Part shown: positions 51,331 to 62,375 of the stretch, piece after piece | Position numbering within the stretch: position 1 is the first letter of the stretch | How the letters are laid out: each line of letters starts with the position of its first letter | Assembly: GCA_051546255.1 (NCBI GenBank) | Contig: CP128818.1 | Span: 1 to 64,000, forward strand | Length of the DNA stretch: 64,000 nt | Direction of reading: 5' to 3' | Origin: Meyerozyma guilliermondii | Lineage: Eukaryota | Position numbers and translations under genes: made by a program | The notes under the pieces: generated by a model | Told to the model about the DNA's origin: nothing | Database searches by the model: none | The model's input: only the letters and a program-made list of their open reading frames with translations

Positions 51331-53859
51331 ATGGCCAAAATAGCGCCCTTGGTCAGGCGAATGTTCAACCCTAAGCATGTCAAATTCATCCTTATAGTCG
51401 TGGCTATCATAAATGCTCTTTATCTTGCATCTTTGTACCTCGGAAAGGGACCGACTTTGCCTCGATGGAGTTCTTCAATTTTACGTTCCGGGAAGATTTC
51501 TGGTGGTCAGTCGTCTCTGTCGCAGCAGGCGATGCCAATCACGTCTACTGTGGAAAACGGGGGCGAAAATGACCAACTGACGAACGGGGAGAAGCAAAAT
51601 AATGACAAATCGACGACATCGCCGATGACGAAAAAACTTTATGATATTCCTAAAAAACCGTATGACGAGTTGACGGACGCAGAAAAGATTCTTGATCTTT
51701 TAAACCAGGTCACGCTTGATAAACAAAAGTATTGGCTAGCCCATACCGAACTTACACATAATGAGCTCCAGATCAGAGTGCACGATTTTCTTCCTCAAAA
51801 CTGGGTGGATCGGCCCACGGTGTTCTATGACCCGCGGTTCACGTTGGCGGTTTATGTGAGCGAGATCAAAAACCAGTATCTCCGCAAAAACCCCGAGAAC
51901 AAAAAGTTCAAAATCCACGAAATCGTGGTGCCTTTTGCATGGTCCGACTGGGTCGATCTCACAATGCTCAATGAGGAGCTCGTCAAGCCGGAATCCAGCC
52001 GTAAGAACTGTGAGTATATGAAAGCCGTGCATCATATTCCAGCCAAGGATCCAAACTACTGTGTCAATAATGCCGATTTGACCGAACAAGATCTCGAAGA
52101 AATGGCGCTTCCTTCGACCAAATTTGTGCCTGGATTTGTCGTGAAAAAGTCACCCACAAACAAGGCTTCCAACGAAATCCGTATGTGGGAAGGAAAGTCG
52201 CATCTTTTGACGTATGCCAAGAACCCATTGGCCATGATAATTTTGAGTAAAGACGGTGTTTATGAGGCAAAGATAGACACCAAGAAACGCATTGTCGACT
52301 CTGATCTTTTTGAAAACTATTTGCGGGACAACGAGATCACCTATGATGACCCCGATACAAGCATTATTATGGACCCAGTGAAGGAATTTCTCGACTTGTC
52401 GAACAAAGTTTTACCCAATCCTCTCGACCCAGAAGACGACGAATACGGCATGGTGGCTAAAATCAAAGAAACAAACCCGGACGTTTCCAGGGAATTGTAT
52501 CTTCCTGACACCGCTTTCGACTACCGCCAGGACAAGATAGACAAGCAGATTGCTGAATACCAGGAACGGATCGACAAACTTCATGATCTCACGAGAGACG
52601 AGCTTGCATTCGACCAGCATTCCATCAATCTTCTCCGACTCACCAGAAACGAAAAGTTATACTTTGACGGGCTCAAGTATGCCAATCAGTTTCCCATCGA
52701 AAAAGAACAGACGTATTTCCGTATGGCTCGGCTTATTTTCGATGTGCCTGAGAACGACAAGGATGCCGGGTGGCATTACGAGTGGAGGTTTTTCAATGGT
52801 GCGTTGAGATACTTGAAAAAAGGGTGGAATCAAGACGAGCTTTTGATTCGTGAAAAGGTATTATTGGACAGAATTTTGAGAAACTGGTTCCGATTTGCAA
52901 ATGAAAAAGGAATCATTTCCTGGATCGCCCATGGGCCTCTTCTTTCATGGTACTGGGATGGACTTTTGTTCCCGTTTGACGAAGATATCGATATTCAAAT
53001 GCCAGCCGAAGAATTGGCGCGGTTCTCCAAGCTTTATAATCAGACATTAGTGATTGAAGAAATCACCGAAGGATTCGGAAAATACTTTATTGACTGTTCC
53101 ACATTTATCCATCATAGAGGAAAGTCGTACAAGGAAAACCACATCGATGCTCGATTCATAGACATTGACACAGGCTCTTATATCGACATCACTGGATTAG
53201 GAGTTAGTGACGAGCCAGCACCCGAAAAGTATAGCGAAATGATTGCGGAATCGGAACGAGCTGGTGAAGTTAAAAAGGTTTACAATTGTCGCAATCTTCA
53301 CTTTTCACTGTACAACGAGTTGCTGCCATTACGATTCACCATGATGGGAGGAGTTCCTCTTTACATTCCAAACCGCATTGAGGAGATTCTTCGAGATGAA
53401 TACTCACAAGGAATGACATCTTATACCTACGAAGGGTTCTTTTTCGTTGATGCGATCAATTTATGGATTCATTATCTGAAGCTCGAATTTTTGTTCCCCG
53501 ACCACAAATACTACAAGGAAGATGGCGCATTGGATACCGAGGTATTCTCGCTGCTAGTACGTTCTATGGGCGATGCCCATGTACTCAAGCTTTTACAAAA
53601 AGACGAAGATATTCTACTTGAATATTACCTTACGAAAGACGTTACAGAATTACACCGAAAGGAACTCACGTATCTTTTTGACATGCCGCACGGAGAAAAG
53701 ACGTTGATGGGAGACGTTGGACATCAACGGGCAGAGGACGAAGTCAGTAATAATGTTGAATACCATCGACTCACGTCACAATTTAAGTTTCAAAAACCGT
53801 TTAGACGACCATTATTCAACTACGAGCACATCGACAAGCCAGCACATCACCGGGACTAA
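51331..53859 (+). CDS. Mnn4-family (LicD/fukutin domain) mannosylphosphorylation protein, paralogue 1
   Basis: Type II TM anchor, YDPRFTL, FAWSDWVDL, SWIAHGPLLSWYWDG..FPFDEDIDIQMP, HIDARFIDIDTG.YIDITG. Start 51331 or 51295. Confidence 0.9.
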   Translation: MAKIAPLVRRMFNPKHVKFILIVVAIINALYLASLYLGKGPTLPRWSSSILRSGKISGGQSSLSQQAMPITSTVENGGENDQLTNGEKQNNDKSTTSPMTKKLYDIPKKPYDELTDAEKILDLLNQVTLDKQKYWLAHTELTHNELQIRVHDFLPQNWVDRPTVFYDPRFTLAVYVSEIKNQYLRKNPENKKFKIHEIVVPFAWSDWVDLTMLNEELVKPESSRKNCEYMKAVHHIPAKDPNYCVNNADLTEQDLEEMALPSTKFVPGFVVKKSPTNKASNEIRMWEGKSHLLTYAKNPLAMIILSKDGVYEAKIDTKKRIVDSDLFENYLRDNEITYDDPDTSIIMDPVKEFLDLSNKVLPNPLDPEDDEYGMVAKIKETNPDVSRELYLPDTAFDYRQDKIDKQIAEYQERIDKLHDLTRDELAFDQHSINLLRLTRNEKLYFDGLKYANQFPIEKEQTYFRMARLIFDVPENDKDAGWHYEWRFFNGALRYLKKGWNQDELLIREKVLLDRILRNWFRFANEKGIISWIAHGPLLSWYWDGLLFPFDEDIDIQMPAEELARFSKLYNQTLVIEEITEGFGKYFIDCSTFIHHRGKSYKENHIDARFIDIDTGSYIDITGLGVSDEPAPEKYSEMIAESERAGEVKKVYNCRNLHFSLYNELLPLRFTMMGGVPLYIPNRIEEILRDEYSQGMTSYTYEGFFFVDAINLWIHYLKLEFLFPDHKYYKEDGALDTEVFSLLVRSMGDAHVLKLLQKDEDILLEYYLTKDVTELHRKELTYLFDMPHGEKTLMGDVGHQRAEDEVSNNVEYHRLTSQFKFQKPFRRPLFNYEHIDKPAHHRD

Positions 53860-54513
53860 TGTAATATAGATAGTAATTGTATAAGACCAGTTATAGAGAC
53901 CCACTGACTGAATTCTGATTAATTTCTGATTGAATTTCTGACTATTTCTGATTGAATACTACTGAATTTACTGTGAATTTTCCCAATTGGGCATCTCCTC
54001 GTCGTACATGCACGGCGAGTCTATTGTTCCACCTTCCCAATCAATCTTATCGTATTATGTACCTGCGGCTTCAGCCCGGTCACGATCCATGCGGCATAAT
54101 GCAGGGTCGGAATGAGATAATTCCGATGCTCAGCGCCACAGTACCGACCTCACACCTCAGTACCTCAATACATAGTCAGCGTCAAGATAACGCCCCTCAA
54201 TGCCCCTCTCGCCCCGCCCCTCGATCTGCGATGGCGCCCGCAACCGCCCGCAACCGCTCGCCAATCGCAACCGTCATGCATCTCGGTGAAAAACCTACTC
54301 CGCGCCCTCGGAACTCGTCGAATATCATCACTTTTCGGGGGTGCCGCATACGACACATGTGCAGTCGCGTGTGACCGGAAGTCGCACTGCCTGCTATCTC
54401 ACCCCTCGAAAAAAAAAAAGAAAATCCACTTGTCACACGACGCAAAATATTCACGAAAACATCATCAAAACTAAAAAGCAAAATTCAGGCCCCGCGTTCG
54501 AAATCACTTCACC

Positions 54514-56871
54514 ATGCTCTCCACACGTGTAGTGAAGGTCATTCTAGGTGTTGCGATCGTGCTTAATCTTGCCTACTTTACTCATATATATTCTAATGAA
54601 GAGGCAAAGCTTCGACAGCTAGCATTGAAACACGCTACTTTTCAAAATTACCAAGCTGATGACCAGGTAGAAATCCCCAAAAACAAACCTTACAGCGAGT
54701 ATACACCCGAGCAAAAGGTGGCGGAACTTCTTCATAAAGTGGAACAGGACAAAGATACTTATTGGTTGGCGCAGACGGAGGTGACGGAACCCGATTTGGT
54801 CATCCAACCAAAGGATTTTTTGCCTGGTGAAGAAGATAGAAAAACCTGGGTGAACCGACCAGAGATGTTCTACGATCCGAGGTTCACATTAGCATTGTAT
54901 CTTGACGAAATCAAGCACCAATTGGTGACGAAAAATCCCAAGAATGAAAAGGCAAAAGATGTGGAAATTACAGTTCCTTTTGCTTGGTCGGACTGGATGG
55001 ACCTCACCATGCTCAACGAGGAGTTGGCAAAGCCCCAGGAAGAACGGGTGGACTGTGGATGGCTCCAATCCAAAATCAACAAGGCCACAAAATACCCCAG
55101 ATTTTGTAGCAATCATCGAGATATCACCGATGCCGATGCCCAAAAACTCGGATTACCGTCCAAGGACTTTCTTCCTGGGTTTGTTGTACACGGCTCTCCC
55201 ATGAACAAAGCTCCTCATAAACAGGTGATGATGCAAGGAAAAGCGTTCATGTTGGCGTCACAGGAAAACCCCATGTCCATCATTTTCTTGACTAAAGACG
55301 GAACCTACGAGGCTCAGGTTCTGGAGAAAAAACGAATAGTCCACACTGACATGTTCGAGCGATACTTGGACCGCAAAAACATCAACGCCAATCATCTTGA
55401 TGACATCGGAAATAGTTTGGTGATAAACTGTCAGGAGGAATACCGCCAGCTTCTCACCACGGTTCCGCCTCGTCCGCTCGATTTAGGTGATGATATCTAC
55501 CGCATGAACAGCATAGCGAGAAACAAGGACGTCAATGCTTCGAGGGAAATTTTCCTTGAACCTGAAGCCTTCAATTATCGTGAAGATAAAGTAAACCAAC
55601 AGATCAAGCAGTACGAAACAAGACTCAACAAAATGGAGCTTGCCATGACATCGGAGCTTCATTATGATCCAGCAGTTCTTGCTGAAAACCGCTTAACCCG
55701 CCATGAACGCAACCATTATGATGGGTTGAAAATGGCCAGTATTACGCCGGTTGACAACGAGCCCACCTACTACAAATTGGCAACTTTGTTGAAAGACCAA
55801 GATAACAAAGATCCCGGCTGGCATAACGAATGGCGTTTTTTCAACGGTGCTTTACGTTATGTTCGCGAAGGCTACACTACGCAAGATTTGGAGATCAGAG
55901 AGCAAATTATATTGGATCGTTTGATACGAAACTGGTTTCGTTTCGCGGAAGAAAAGGGCATTATCTCATGGATCGCTCACGGACCTCTTCTCTCGTGGTA
56001 CTGGGACGGGCTCATGTTTCCATTTGACATTGACGTGGATATTCAAATGCCTTCATCGGAATTGAACCGCTTACTGAAAAATTATAATATGACTTTAGTA
56101 GTGGAAGACATTAGTGAGGGTTATGGTCGTTATCTTATCGACTGTTCTACCTTTATCCACCATCGTGACAGGCCTCAGAAAGACAATCATATTGATGCTC
56201 GGTTCATCGATATCGATACCGGAACCTACATCGACATCACTGGAGTTGGCAGAAACAACGAGCAACCTCCTCCCGAGTACGAAACATACATTCGCAACAA
56301 AAACTCCAAGGGAGAAGAGGTGGAACTTTACATGGATCGTCGTAAACACTGGTTGAGTTTCGAGCAAATTTCACCATTACGATACTCGATGTTGGGAGGA
56401 GTTCCCGTATATGTTCCCAACGATATCATGTCGATGTTAAACTACGAATACAGCAAGGGTACCACGGCCTACCATTTCAATGGCTACTACTTTGTGCCAC
56501 AGGTGAGATTATGGGTACTCGAAAATCATCTTACACCACTCTTTGATGAGAATCTTTACAAAGACGGCGACAAAGTCAATCCAGATAAATTGGTGGAATT
56601 GGTCACCCAGATGACCATAGAAGATAAGGTTCGGCTTCTCGAGCTGAACCAGGACGTTTTGATGGAGTACTACCTCACACACAAGTACACCATGTATCAT
56701 GACATGGAGAAAAAATTCATGTTGGACCATTCATTACAGCATCTGATTTTAGAGTTGAAAGACAACAAAAACTACCATCGACTCACATCCAAATTCAACA
56801 TGGGCAAGCCCTTGCGCAAGTGCTTGTATGATTTTGAATTTATCGAGCGGTTGAAGCATAAGGAGCAATAG
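54514..56871 (+). CDS. Mnn4-family (LicD domain) protein, tandem paralogue 2
   Basis: Same motif set as the upstream gene (FPFDIDVDIQMP, HIDARFIDIDTG) and an N-terminal TM anchor. Confidence 0.9.
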   Translation: MLSTRVVKVILGVAIVLNLAYFTHIYSNEEAKLRQLALKHATFQNYQADDQVEIPKNKPYSEYTPEQKVAELLHKVEQDKDTYWLAQTEVTEPDLVIQPKDFLPGEEDRKTWVNRPEMFYDPRFTLALYLDEIKHQLVTKNPKNEKAKDVEITVPFAWSDWMDLTMLNEELAKPQEERVDCGWLQSKINKATKYPRFCSNHRDITDADAQKLGLPSKDFLPGFVVHGSPMNKAPHKQVMMQGKAFMLASQENPMSIIFLTKDGTYEAQVLEKKRIVHTDMFERYLDRKNINANHLDDIGNSLVINCQEEYRQLLTTVPPRPLDLGDDIYRMNSIARNKDVNASREIFLEPEAFNYREDKVNQQIKQYETRLNKMELAMTSELHYDPAVLAENRLTRHERNHYDGLKMASITPVDNEPTYYKLATLLKDQDNKDPGWHNEWRFFNGALRYVREGYTTQDLEIREQIILDRLIRNWFRFAEEKGIISWIAHGPLLSWYWDGLMFPFDIDVDIQMPSSELNRLLKNYNMTLVVEDISEGYGRYLIDCSTFIHHRDRPQKDNHIDARFIDIDTGTYIDITGVGRNNEQPPPEYETYIRNKNSKGEEVELYMDRRKHWLSFEQISPLRYSMLGGVPVYVPNDIMSMLNYEYSKGTTAYHFNGYYFVPQVRLWVLENHLTPLFDENLYKDGDKVNPDKLVELVTQMTIEDKVRLLELNQDVLMEYYLTHKYTMYHDMEKKFMLDHSLQHLILELKDNKNYHRLTSKFNMGKPLRKCLYDFEFIERLKHKEQ

Positions 56872-56984
56872 CATAGAATATAGGTTGCACCAGTGGAGAG
56901 TGTAGTATCTTTTGTATGGGTGCAGTGGGTGTGCGCTCCCATGAAATTCATCTCATTTATCAACGCGACTCTCATTTTATTCGA

Positions 56985-57731
56985 ATGTTACGACAGAGTA
57001 TCGTTTTTGGACGTAGAACGTTGGTCACGTCAACCAGGCGTACGGCATACACCGCAGTCAGAAAATCACCGCCTCCAGCAACTCCTGTGGTAGAAACCGT
57101 TCGCAAAGAAACCGAGCCAAATTCCACAGAAAAACCAATTTCCTTCAATGACAACCCAATGATCACCAGTATTTCTAGTAACGCGAATCCACATGAGAAT
57201 GCCATCGACTGGTCAGGCTCGTTTCATGGATTGGGAGCTGCGGCTTTTCCGAAGGAAACTATCGACATTCTTCTCGCCCCCATTTCCAAAGAAGATATCG
57301 AAATCAAGCCAGATGGACTTCTTTATCTTCCTGAAATAAAGTATAGACGAATTCTCAACCGGGCGTTTGGTCCAGGAGGCTGGGGGCTTGCGCCGAGAAC
57401 AGAATCACACATTACACCCAAACAAATATCTCGTGAATACGCCCTTATTTGCAACGGAAGACTTGTCAGTGTGGCCCGCGGCGAGCAGGATTACTACGGA
57501 GGCGAGGAAAAGATCACCACTGCGTTGGAGGGATGCAAAAGTAACGCCTTGATGAGATGTTGTAAGGATTTGGGAATTGCCAGTGAATTGTGGGATCCCA
57601 GTTTTATTCGTAAATGGAAGAAGGATTACTGTGACGAGGTGTTTGCGGAACATGGGACCACCAAGAAGAAGAAGAAGCTCTGGAAGCTCAAGCTGAACAA
57701 GACGCTCGACTATCCATACAAGATTGTGTAG
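56985..57731 (+). CDS. MGM101: Mitochondrial genome maintenance protein Mgm101
   Basis: [61 protein letters not shown] 56985 gives a mitochondrial-type leader. Confidence 0.96.
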   Translation: MLRQSIVFGRRTLVTSTRRTAYTAVRKSPPPATPVVETVRKETEPNSTEKPISFNDNPMITSISSNANPHENAIDWSGSFHGLGAAAFPKETIDILLAPISKEDIEIKPDGLLYLPEIKYRRILNRAFGPGGWGLAPRTESHITPKQISREYALICNGRLVSVARGEQDYYGGEEKITTALEGCKSNALMRCCKDLGIASELWDPSFIRKWKKDYCDEVFAEHGTTKKKKKLWKLKLNKTLDYPYKIV

Positions 57732-57895
57732 GAAGCGAGAATAGAAAGTGTAAAGAAGTGTAAATAGAACTGAACAGAACTGAACAGAAAAAGTGACAGA
57801 CACACAGAAAGTAACAGATCAGAAACAGAAACAGAGAAAACCTCAAATAATACTCTTTTCACCGTTTATCTTTCTACTAATCTCATTCATTTATG

Positions 57896-58486
57896 CTATG
57901 GCTTAAAGATTCCACGTCCCGCTCCCAACTCCTCTACGGTCTGCGACAATGGTCTTCTCTTCCAGATATCCCAGAACTGCTGTTTGGGCACGTCTTCGTC
58001 GCTGTTAGCCTTCAAATACTTCGCATCTCTTCCAGCAAAAGATGGCGATTGAGCCCAGAAAGCATGGTCCAAAAACGCCGTGAGCGCAGCACCGCCAAGT
58101 CCCGTCATCACCTTATGTTTAGCAGGCATGGACTTGAATCCAGCAGATAAACATACCAAATTTCCAGCACCAACGGCCCAGAATGTGTTCCACGCATCGT
58201 TCTTTTCCCGCAAGTTGGTGATGATTCCTTTCGTTCCCGTGGCCACGGTGGCAAACCCAACCACCGTCAATGGCAAACCCAACTTGAAAGTGGTTCTTTT
58301 CCAGAAATATAACCAAGCATACGCTCCAACAGTGGTGTAGAACGAGAAGCGAAATACTTGTAAAGTTTCCTTACGAGTATCCACGGGCTTCCATGGTGGA
58401 TATGCGTTGCTATTGGTGATGTTTCCTAGCTTTGGAGTTTTGAATTGAGAGCTGGGGTAGCTTGGTGCAGCTTCGACCTCAGACAT
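57896..58486 (-). CDS. Complex I accessory subunit NDUFA11/NUJM-like (Tim17 family)
   Basis: NLREKNDAWN motif, TM helices, C-terminal RRPLSQTVEELGAGRGI. ATG 58486. Confidence 0.75.
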   Translation of the reverse strand: MSEVEAAPSYPSSQFKTPKLGNITNSNAYPPWKPVDTRKETLQVFRFSFYTTVGAYAWLYFWKRTTFKLGLPLTVVGFATVATGTKGIITNLREKNDAWNTFWAVGAGNLVCLSAGFKSMPAKHKVMTGLGGAALTAFLDHAFWAQSPSFAGRDAKYLKANSDEDVPKQQFWDIWKRRPLSQTVEELGAGRGIFKP

Positions 58487-58800
58487 TAGGGAAAACGTCC
58501 AATCAAAAGTTTGAGAAACGATGGTAATGGTACTGCAGAGAAGACAAAAAAGTGCAAAAACGACACCCTTCAATTGAAAATTTTAAGAAAGTTTTCACGG
58601 TCTGGGAAAGTCCCGGACCCTTCTTGTTGCCTCTAGAATACACCAACAAACTTTCAGCGTTTCAACTTCTTTCTAGGCCACTAATCTCCCACCATAGTTA
58701 TATGGGATATCTACTGCATATACCGCACAATTATCCTGTATATATCCTCCTGCATACCACCCGCTCTCACCTCAAAACTTTTCGGCAACACTTCTCCATA

Positions 58801-59316
58801 ATGAGCAAATTTTTGACATTCACAGCCGTGGCCGCCACCGCGGTTGCTGCATACGCGGTATACTTCGACTATAACCGTAGAAACTCCAAGGAATTCAGAA
58901 AGTCCCTCAAAAAGAAATCCGTAAAACAGGCAAAGCAAGCTAAGAAGGTGGAAGAAGAGTCCAAGAAATCCAAACTCGATTCCATCAAAAAAGCTTTAGC
59001 CGAGGAGCTCGAGAAGAATCCAATCCCCACCGAACTCAGTGAAAAGGAGAACTTTTTTATGCAACAGGTGGCGTTGGGTGAACAATTGCTGTCTTTGCCC
59101 GGTCAGAAAATGGATGCTGCGTTGTGTTTCTACAAAGCTTTGGCAGTGTATCCCAACCCTACTGATATCTTGGGTATCTACCAGCGGTCTGTGCCCGAAG
59201 AAGTGTACGAAATTGTGGTAATGATGATTGCCGTGCAACCGCCAGCGGCAGTTACCAGTATTCTTGGATCCAACAAAGAGCCAGAAATCAAACCATCGGA
59301 GGCTGATCTTGATTAA
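58801..59316 (+). CDS. TOM20: Mitochondrial import receptor Tom20
   Basis: AYAVYFDYNRRN..EFRK.L, FFMQQVALGEQL, AALCFYKALAVYPNP.DILGIYQRSVP. ATG 58801. Confidence 0.96.
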   Translation: MSKFLTFTAVAATAVAAYAVYFDYNRRNSKEFRKSLKKKSVKQAKQAKKVEEESKKSKLDSIKKALAEELEKNPIPTELSEKENFFMQQVALGEQLLSLPGQKMDAALCFYKALAVYPNPTDILGIYQRSVPEEVYEIVVMMIAVQPPAAVTSILGSNKEPEIKPSEADLD

Positions 59317-59687
59317 TGTACATATGGGGGAATATAAGCAAGAGGATAGAATACTTTATGAGTAAATAATGCAAGTAATTGCAGTGTAGTAAGAAGTTGG
59401 TAGCAACGCTGTTGGTTAGTTGAATTATTCGCCATGGTCCTGCAGATAGACTTCCCATTTCAGGTACAGATTGCAGCATCAATCATACACAACAACCGTT
59501 TTGAACACATGGCAAATTCCGGGCCATTTTGTTCACTTTCACATCCACAGTGGCTCAAGATAATAGATCTTCATCATCATAAACAGAGAATATTATAAAC
59601 CAACAAAGTTCAAAGCTTATTGAATTTCTACGACGAATCACACAATCAATTCCATTCCCAAATCCAGCTTCTTAGGGTTCTTTCACC

Positions 59688-61094
59688 ATGCTTTTCACAT
59701 TTTTAGCAGCATTTCAGCTCCTAGTCTCCGTGCACGCGTTTCTGTACAGTTTAGCTTCCAAAAACTCTTCAGATGTTACTAATTCCACAAACTTAAATGA
59801 CACTACAGGCACATATCCACATATTCTTCGAGGAGTCAACCTCGGTGGATGGCTCGTTCTCGAACCCTATATTACACCTTCTCTTTTCCTCGAGTTCAAC
59901 AGCACAAATGGTACAGAAAAAGATATACCAGTGGACGAATACCACTACTGGAAGAAACTCGGTAAAGAAGAAGCTGAGGTTCGTCTAAGAAAACATTGGG
60001 ACAATTTCTATACAGAAAAAGACTTTTCAGACATCAAGGGTGCTGGGCTCAATATGGTTCGGATTCCAGTTGGGTATTGGGCGTTTAGCACGCTAAAAAG
60101 TGACCCATACAAGTCTGATATCCAGCAAGAATATTTGGATCGAGCAATAGAATGGGCTCACAAATACGGACTCAAAGTGTGGATTGACCTTCATGGTGTA
60201 CCTCAGTCGCAAAATGGATTTGATAACTCGGGGTTGCGGAGTATTGGGTACCCTGGATGGTTCAATCACACCGAAAATATTGATCTTTCCAAAAAAGTTC
60301 TCCACAAGATTTTTTCAAAGTACTCTGGCAACTTCAGCGCGGAATACCCTGGCACCATAATTGGAATTGAGCTAGTAAACGAGCCGCTTTCCACCAAACT
60401 TTCGTTAAAGAAACTCAAAAGCTTTTATGAAGACGTTGTGGACGATTCCAAGAAAGTCAATCGGGCCAGCCATACTCTCGTCATTCAAGACGGGTTCCAG
60501 AAAATTGGGTACTGGGACGAGTTCATGACCAGCGAGAACATATTGATTGACCACCATCACTATGAGGTGTTTTCCAGCTCGGCGCTCAACATGCTGACCG
60601 CAGACCATCTCAAATCGATCCAAAATTGGAGTGCCGATGTGAAAAAAGAGCTCAAGCATCACCGTGCAATAGTTGGCGAGTGGCTGGCAGCACTCACCGA
60701 TTGCACCCCCTGGCTCAATGGGGTCGGGTTAGGAGCAAGATACGCAGGCGAAAAGCCGTACAACAATAAGAAAATTGGTACTTGTGCGGACATCAATGAC
60801 TGGAGTAAATGGTCGCTGCAAAAAAAGAAAAATTACCGAAAATTCATAGAGATGCAACTAGATCAGTACGAGCGGAACGCAAATGGCTGGATATTCTGGT
60901 GCTACAAGACAGAAACCTCAATTGAGTGGGATTTTAGCCGGTTGGTCGATTTGAAGTTGATGCCGCAGCCATTATCGGATCGCAAGTTTATCGTCAACGG
61001 ACAAGATCCGGACGCCAAGAAGGGAGAATCCGGCGATTTAGCTATGAACAAGTGGATGTTGTTTATATTGGCAGTGCTAATGCTGATCATTTGA
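59688..61094 (+). CDS. EXG2: GH5 exo-1,3-beta-glucanase, GPI-anchored type
   Basis: Signal peptide, RGVNLGGWLVLEPYITPSLF, NEP acid/base, GEW(S)AALTDC nucleophile, hydrophobic C-terminus. Confidence 0.88.
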   Translation: MLFTFLAAFQLLVSVHAFLYSLASKNSSDVTNSTNLNDTTGTYPHILRGVNLGGWLVLEPYITPSLFLEFNSTNGTEKDIPVDEYHYWKKLGKEEAEVRLRKHWDNFYTEKDFSDIKGAGLNMVRIPVGYWAFSTLKSDPYKSDIQQEYLDRAIEWAHKYGLKVWIDLHGVPQSQNGFDNSGLRSIGYPGWFNHTENIDLSKKVLHKIFSKYSGNFSAEYPGTIIGIELVNEPLSTKLSLKKLKSFYEDVVDDSKKVNRASHTLVIQDGFQKIGYWDEFMTSENILIDHHHYEVFSSSALNMLTADHLKSIQNWSADVKKELKHHRAIVGEWLAALTDCTPWLNGVGLGARYAGEKPYNNKKIGTCADINDWSKWSLQKKKNYRKFIEMQLDQYERNANGWIFWCYKTETSIEWDFSRLVDLKLMPQPLSDRKFIVNGQDPDAKKGESGDLAMNKWMLFILAVLMLII

Positions 61095-61209
61095 ACAAAA
61101 CGAACCATACATACTTTTGTCCAAGTCGATGTACCAGTCGTCTATATACAGTCCCGGTTTTGCAGCATTTTTATCGCACCGCCAAAATCATCTCCACACT
61201 TTTCACCAC

Positions 61210-62286
61210 ATGTCCAAGTCTGTAAACGTTGCTATAATTGGTGCCGGGGTGGTCGGCTCGGCTTTCCTCAACCAGCTCAAGAACCTCAAGTCAGCCATCA
61301 AGTTCAATGTTGTTTATCTTGCCAGATCTTCCAAAGAAGCCATTTTTTCAAACGACTACCAGCCGGTCGATTTGGCTAACTACAAAACCGCCAACGCCAA
61401 ACCACTTTTGAGCGTCGATGACTTGGTCAAGTTCCTCAAAGAGTCCAAGAAACCATCGATTTTGATCGACAACACCTCCAACTCTTCGATTGCCGAAGCG
61501 TACCCTCGTTTTGTTGAAGCTGGAATCTCCATTGCAACTCCCAACAAAAAAGCATTTTCCTCAGAATTGTCTCTTTGGAACGCCATTTTCAAGGCCCTGG
61601 AAGCTCCCTCCGGCGGCTTGGTCTACCACGAGTCCACGGTGGGTGCTGGCTTGCCTATTATTGGTCCTTTGAGGGACTTGGTCGCTACCGGCGACAAGGT
61701 TGAAACCATCGAGGGAATCTTTTCTGGCACCCTTTCGTACATTTTCAACGAATTTTCGACGACAGAAGCTTCAGATGTCAAGTTTTCCGACGTTGTAAAG
61801 GTTGCTAAGGACTTGGGATACACCGAGCCCGACCCTAGAGACGACTTGAATGGTTTGGATGTGGCCAGAAAGGTAACTATCTTGGCCAGAATTTCTGGTT
61901 TCAACGTCGAGTCACCTACGTCGTTCCCCGTGGAGTCTTTGATTCCAAAACAGCTTGAATCTGTTGAAAGCTCGGACGAATTCATGCAAACGTTGCCAGA
62001 ATTCGATGGTGTCATTCAAAAAGTCAAAGACGCTGCTCTCGCCGAGAACAAAGTTTTGAGATTTGTCGGTAAAGTGGACTTCAAGAACAACAAGGTGTCG
62101 GTGGAAATTGGCAAGTACGGCTTTGACCATCCTTTTGCGTCGCTTAAAGGTAGTGACAATGTTGTGGCTTTCAAGACTGAAAGATATCCCAACCCATTGA
62201 TCATCCAAGGAGCCGGAGCCGGAGCCGAGGTGACAGCGCACGGGGTGTTGGCGGACGCCCTCAAGATTGCGGAGAGAATTGCATAA
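61210..62286 (+). CDS. HOM6: Homoserine dehydrogenase
   Basis: GAGVVG, ATPNKK, ESTVGAGLP, GYTEPDPRDDLNG.DVARK, GAGAGAEVTA. ATG 61210. Confidence 0.97.
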   Translation: MSKSVNVAIIGAGVVGSAFLNQLKNLKSAIKFNVVYLARSSKEAIFSNDYQPVDLANYKTANAKPLLSVDDLVKFLKESKKPSILIDNTSNSSIAEAYPRFVEAGISIATPNKKAFSSELSLWNAIFKALEAPSGGLVYHESTVGAGLPIIGPLRDLVATGDKVETIEGIFSGTLSYIFNEFSTTEASDVKFSDVVKVAKDLGYTEPDPRDDLNGLDVARKVTILARISGFNVESPTSFPVESLIPKQLESVESSDEFMQTLPEFDGVIQKVKDAALAENKVLRFVGKVDFKNNKVSVEIGKYGFDHPFASLKGSDNVVAFKTERYPNPLIIQGAGAGAEVTAHGVLADALKIAERIA

Positions 62287-62375
62287 AAAAGATAAAGGTA
62301 GAATAAATGCAGATTCGATTTTCCGTTTCTCACTTTTTCAGATTTTTCAGTCTTTTACTTTTCGGTTTCATAATT

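Noticed and set aside
44052..56871. PSA1, SEC61 and the MNN4-like genes as a glycosylation cluster
   Set aside because: Interspersed with unrelated housekeeping genes; ordinary synteny explains it.
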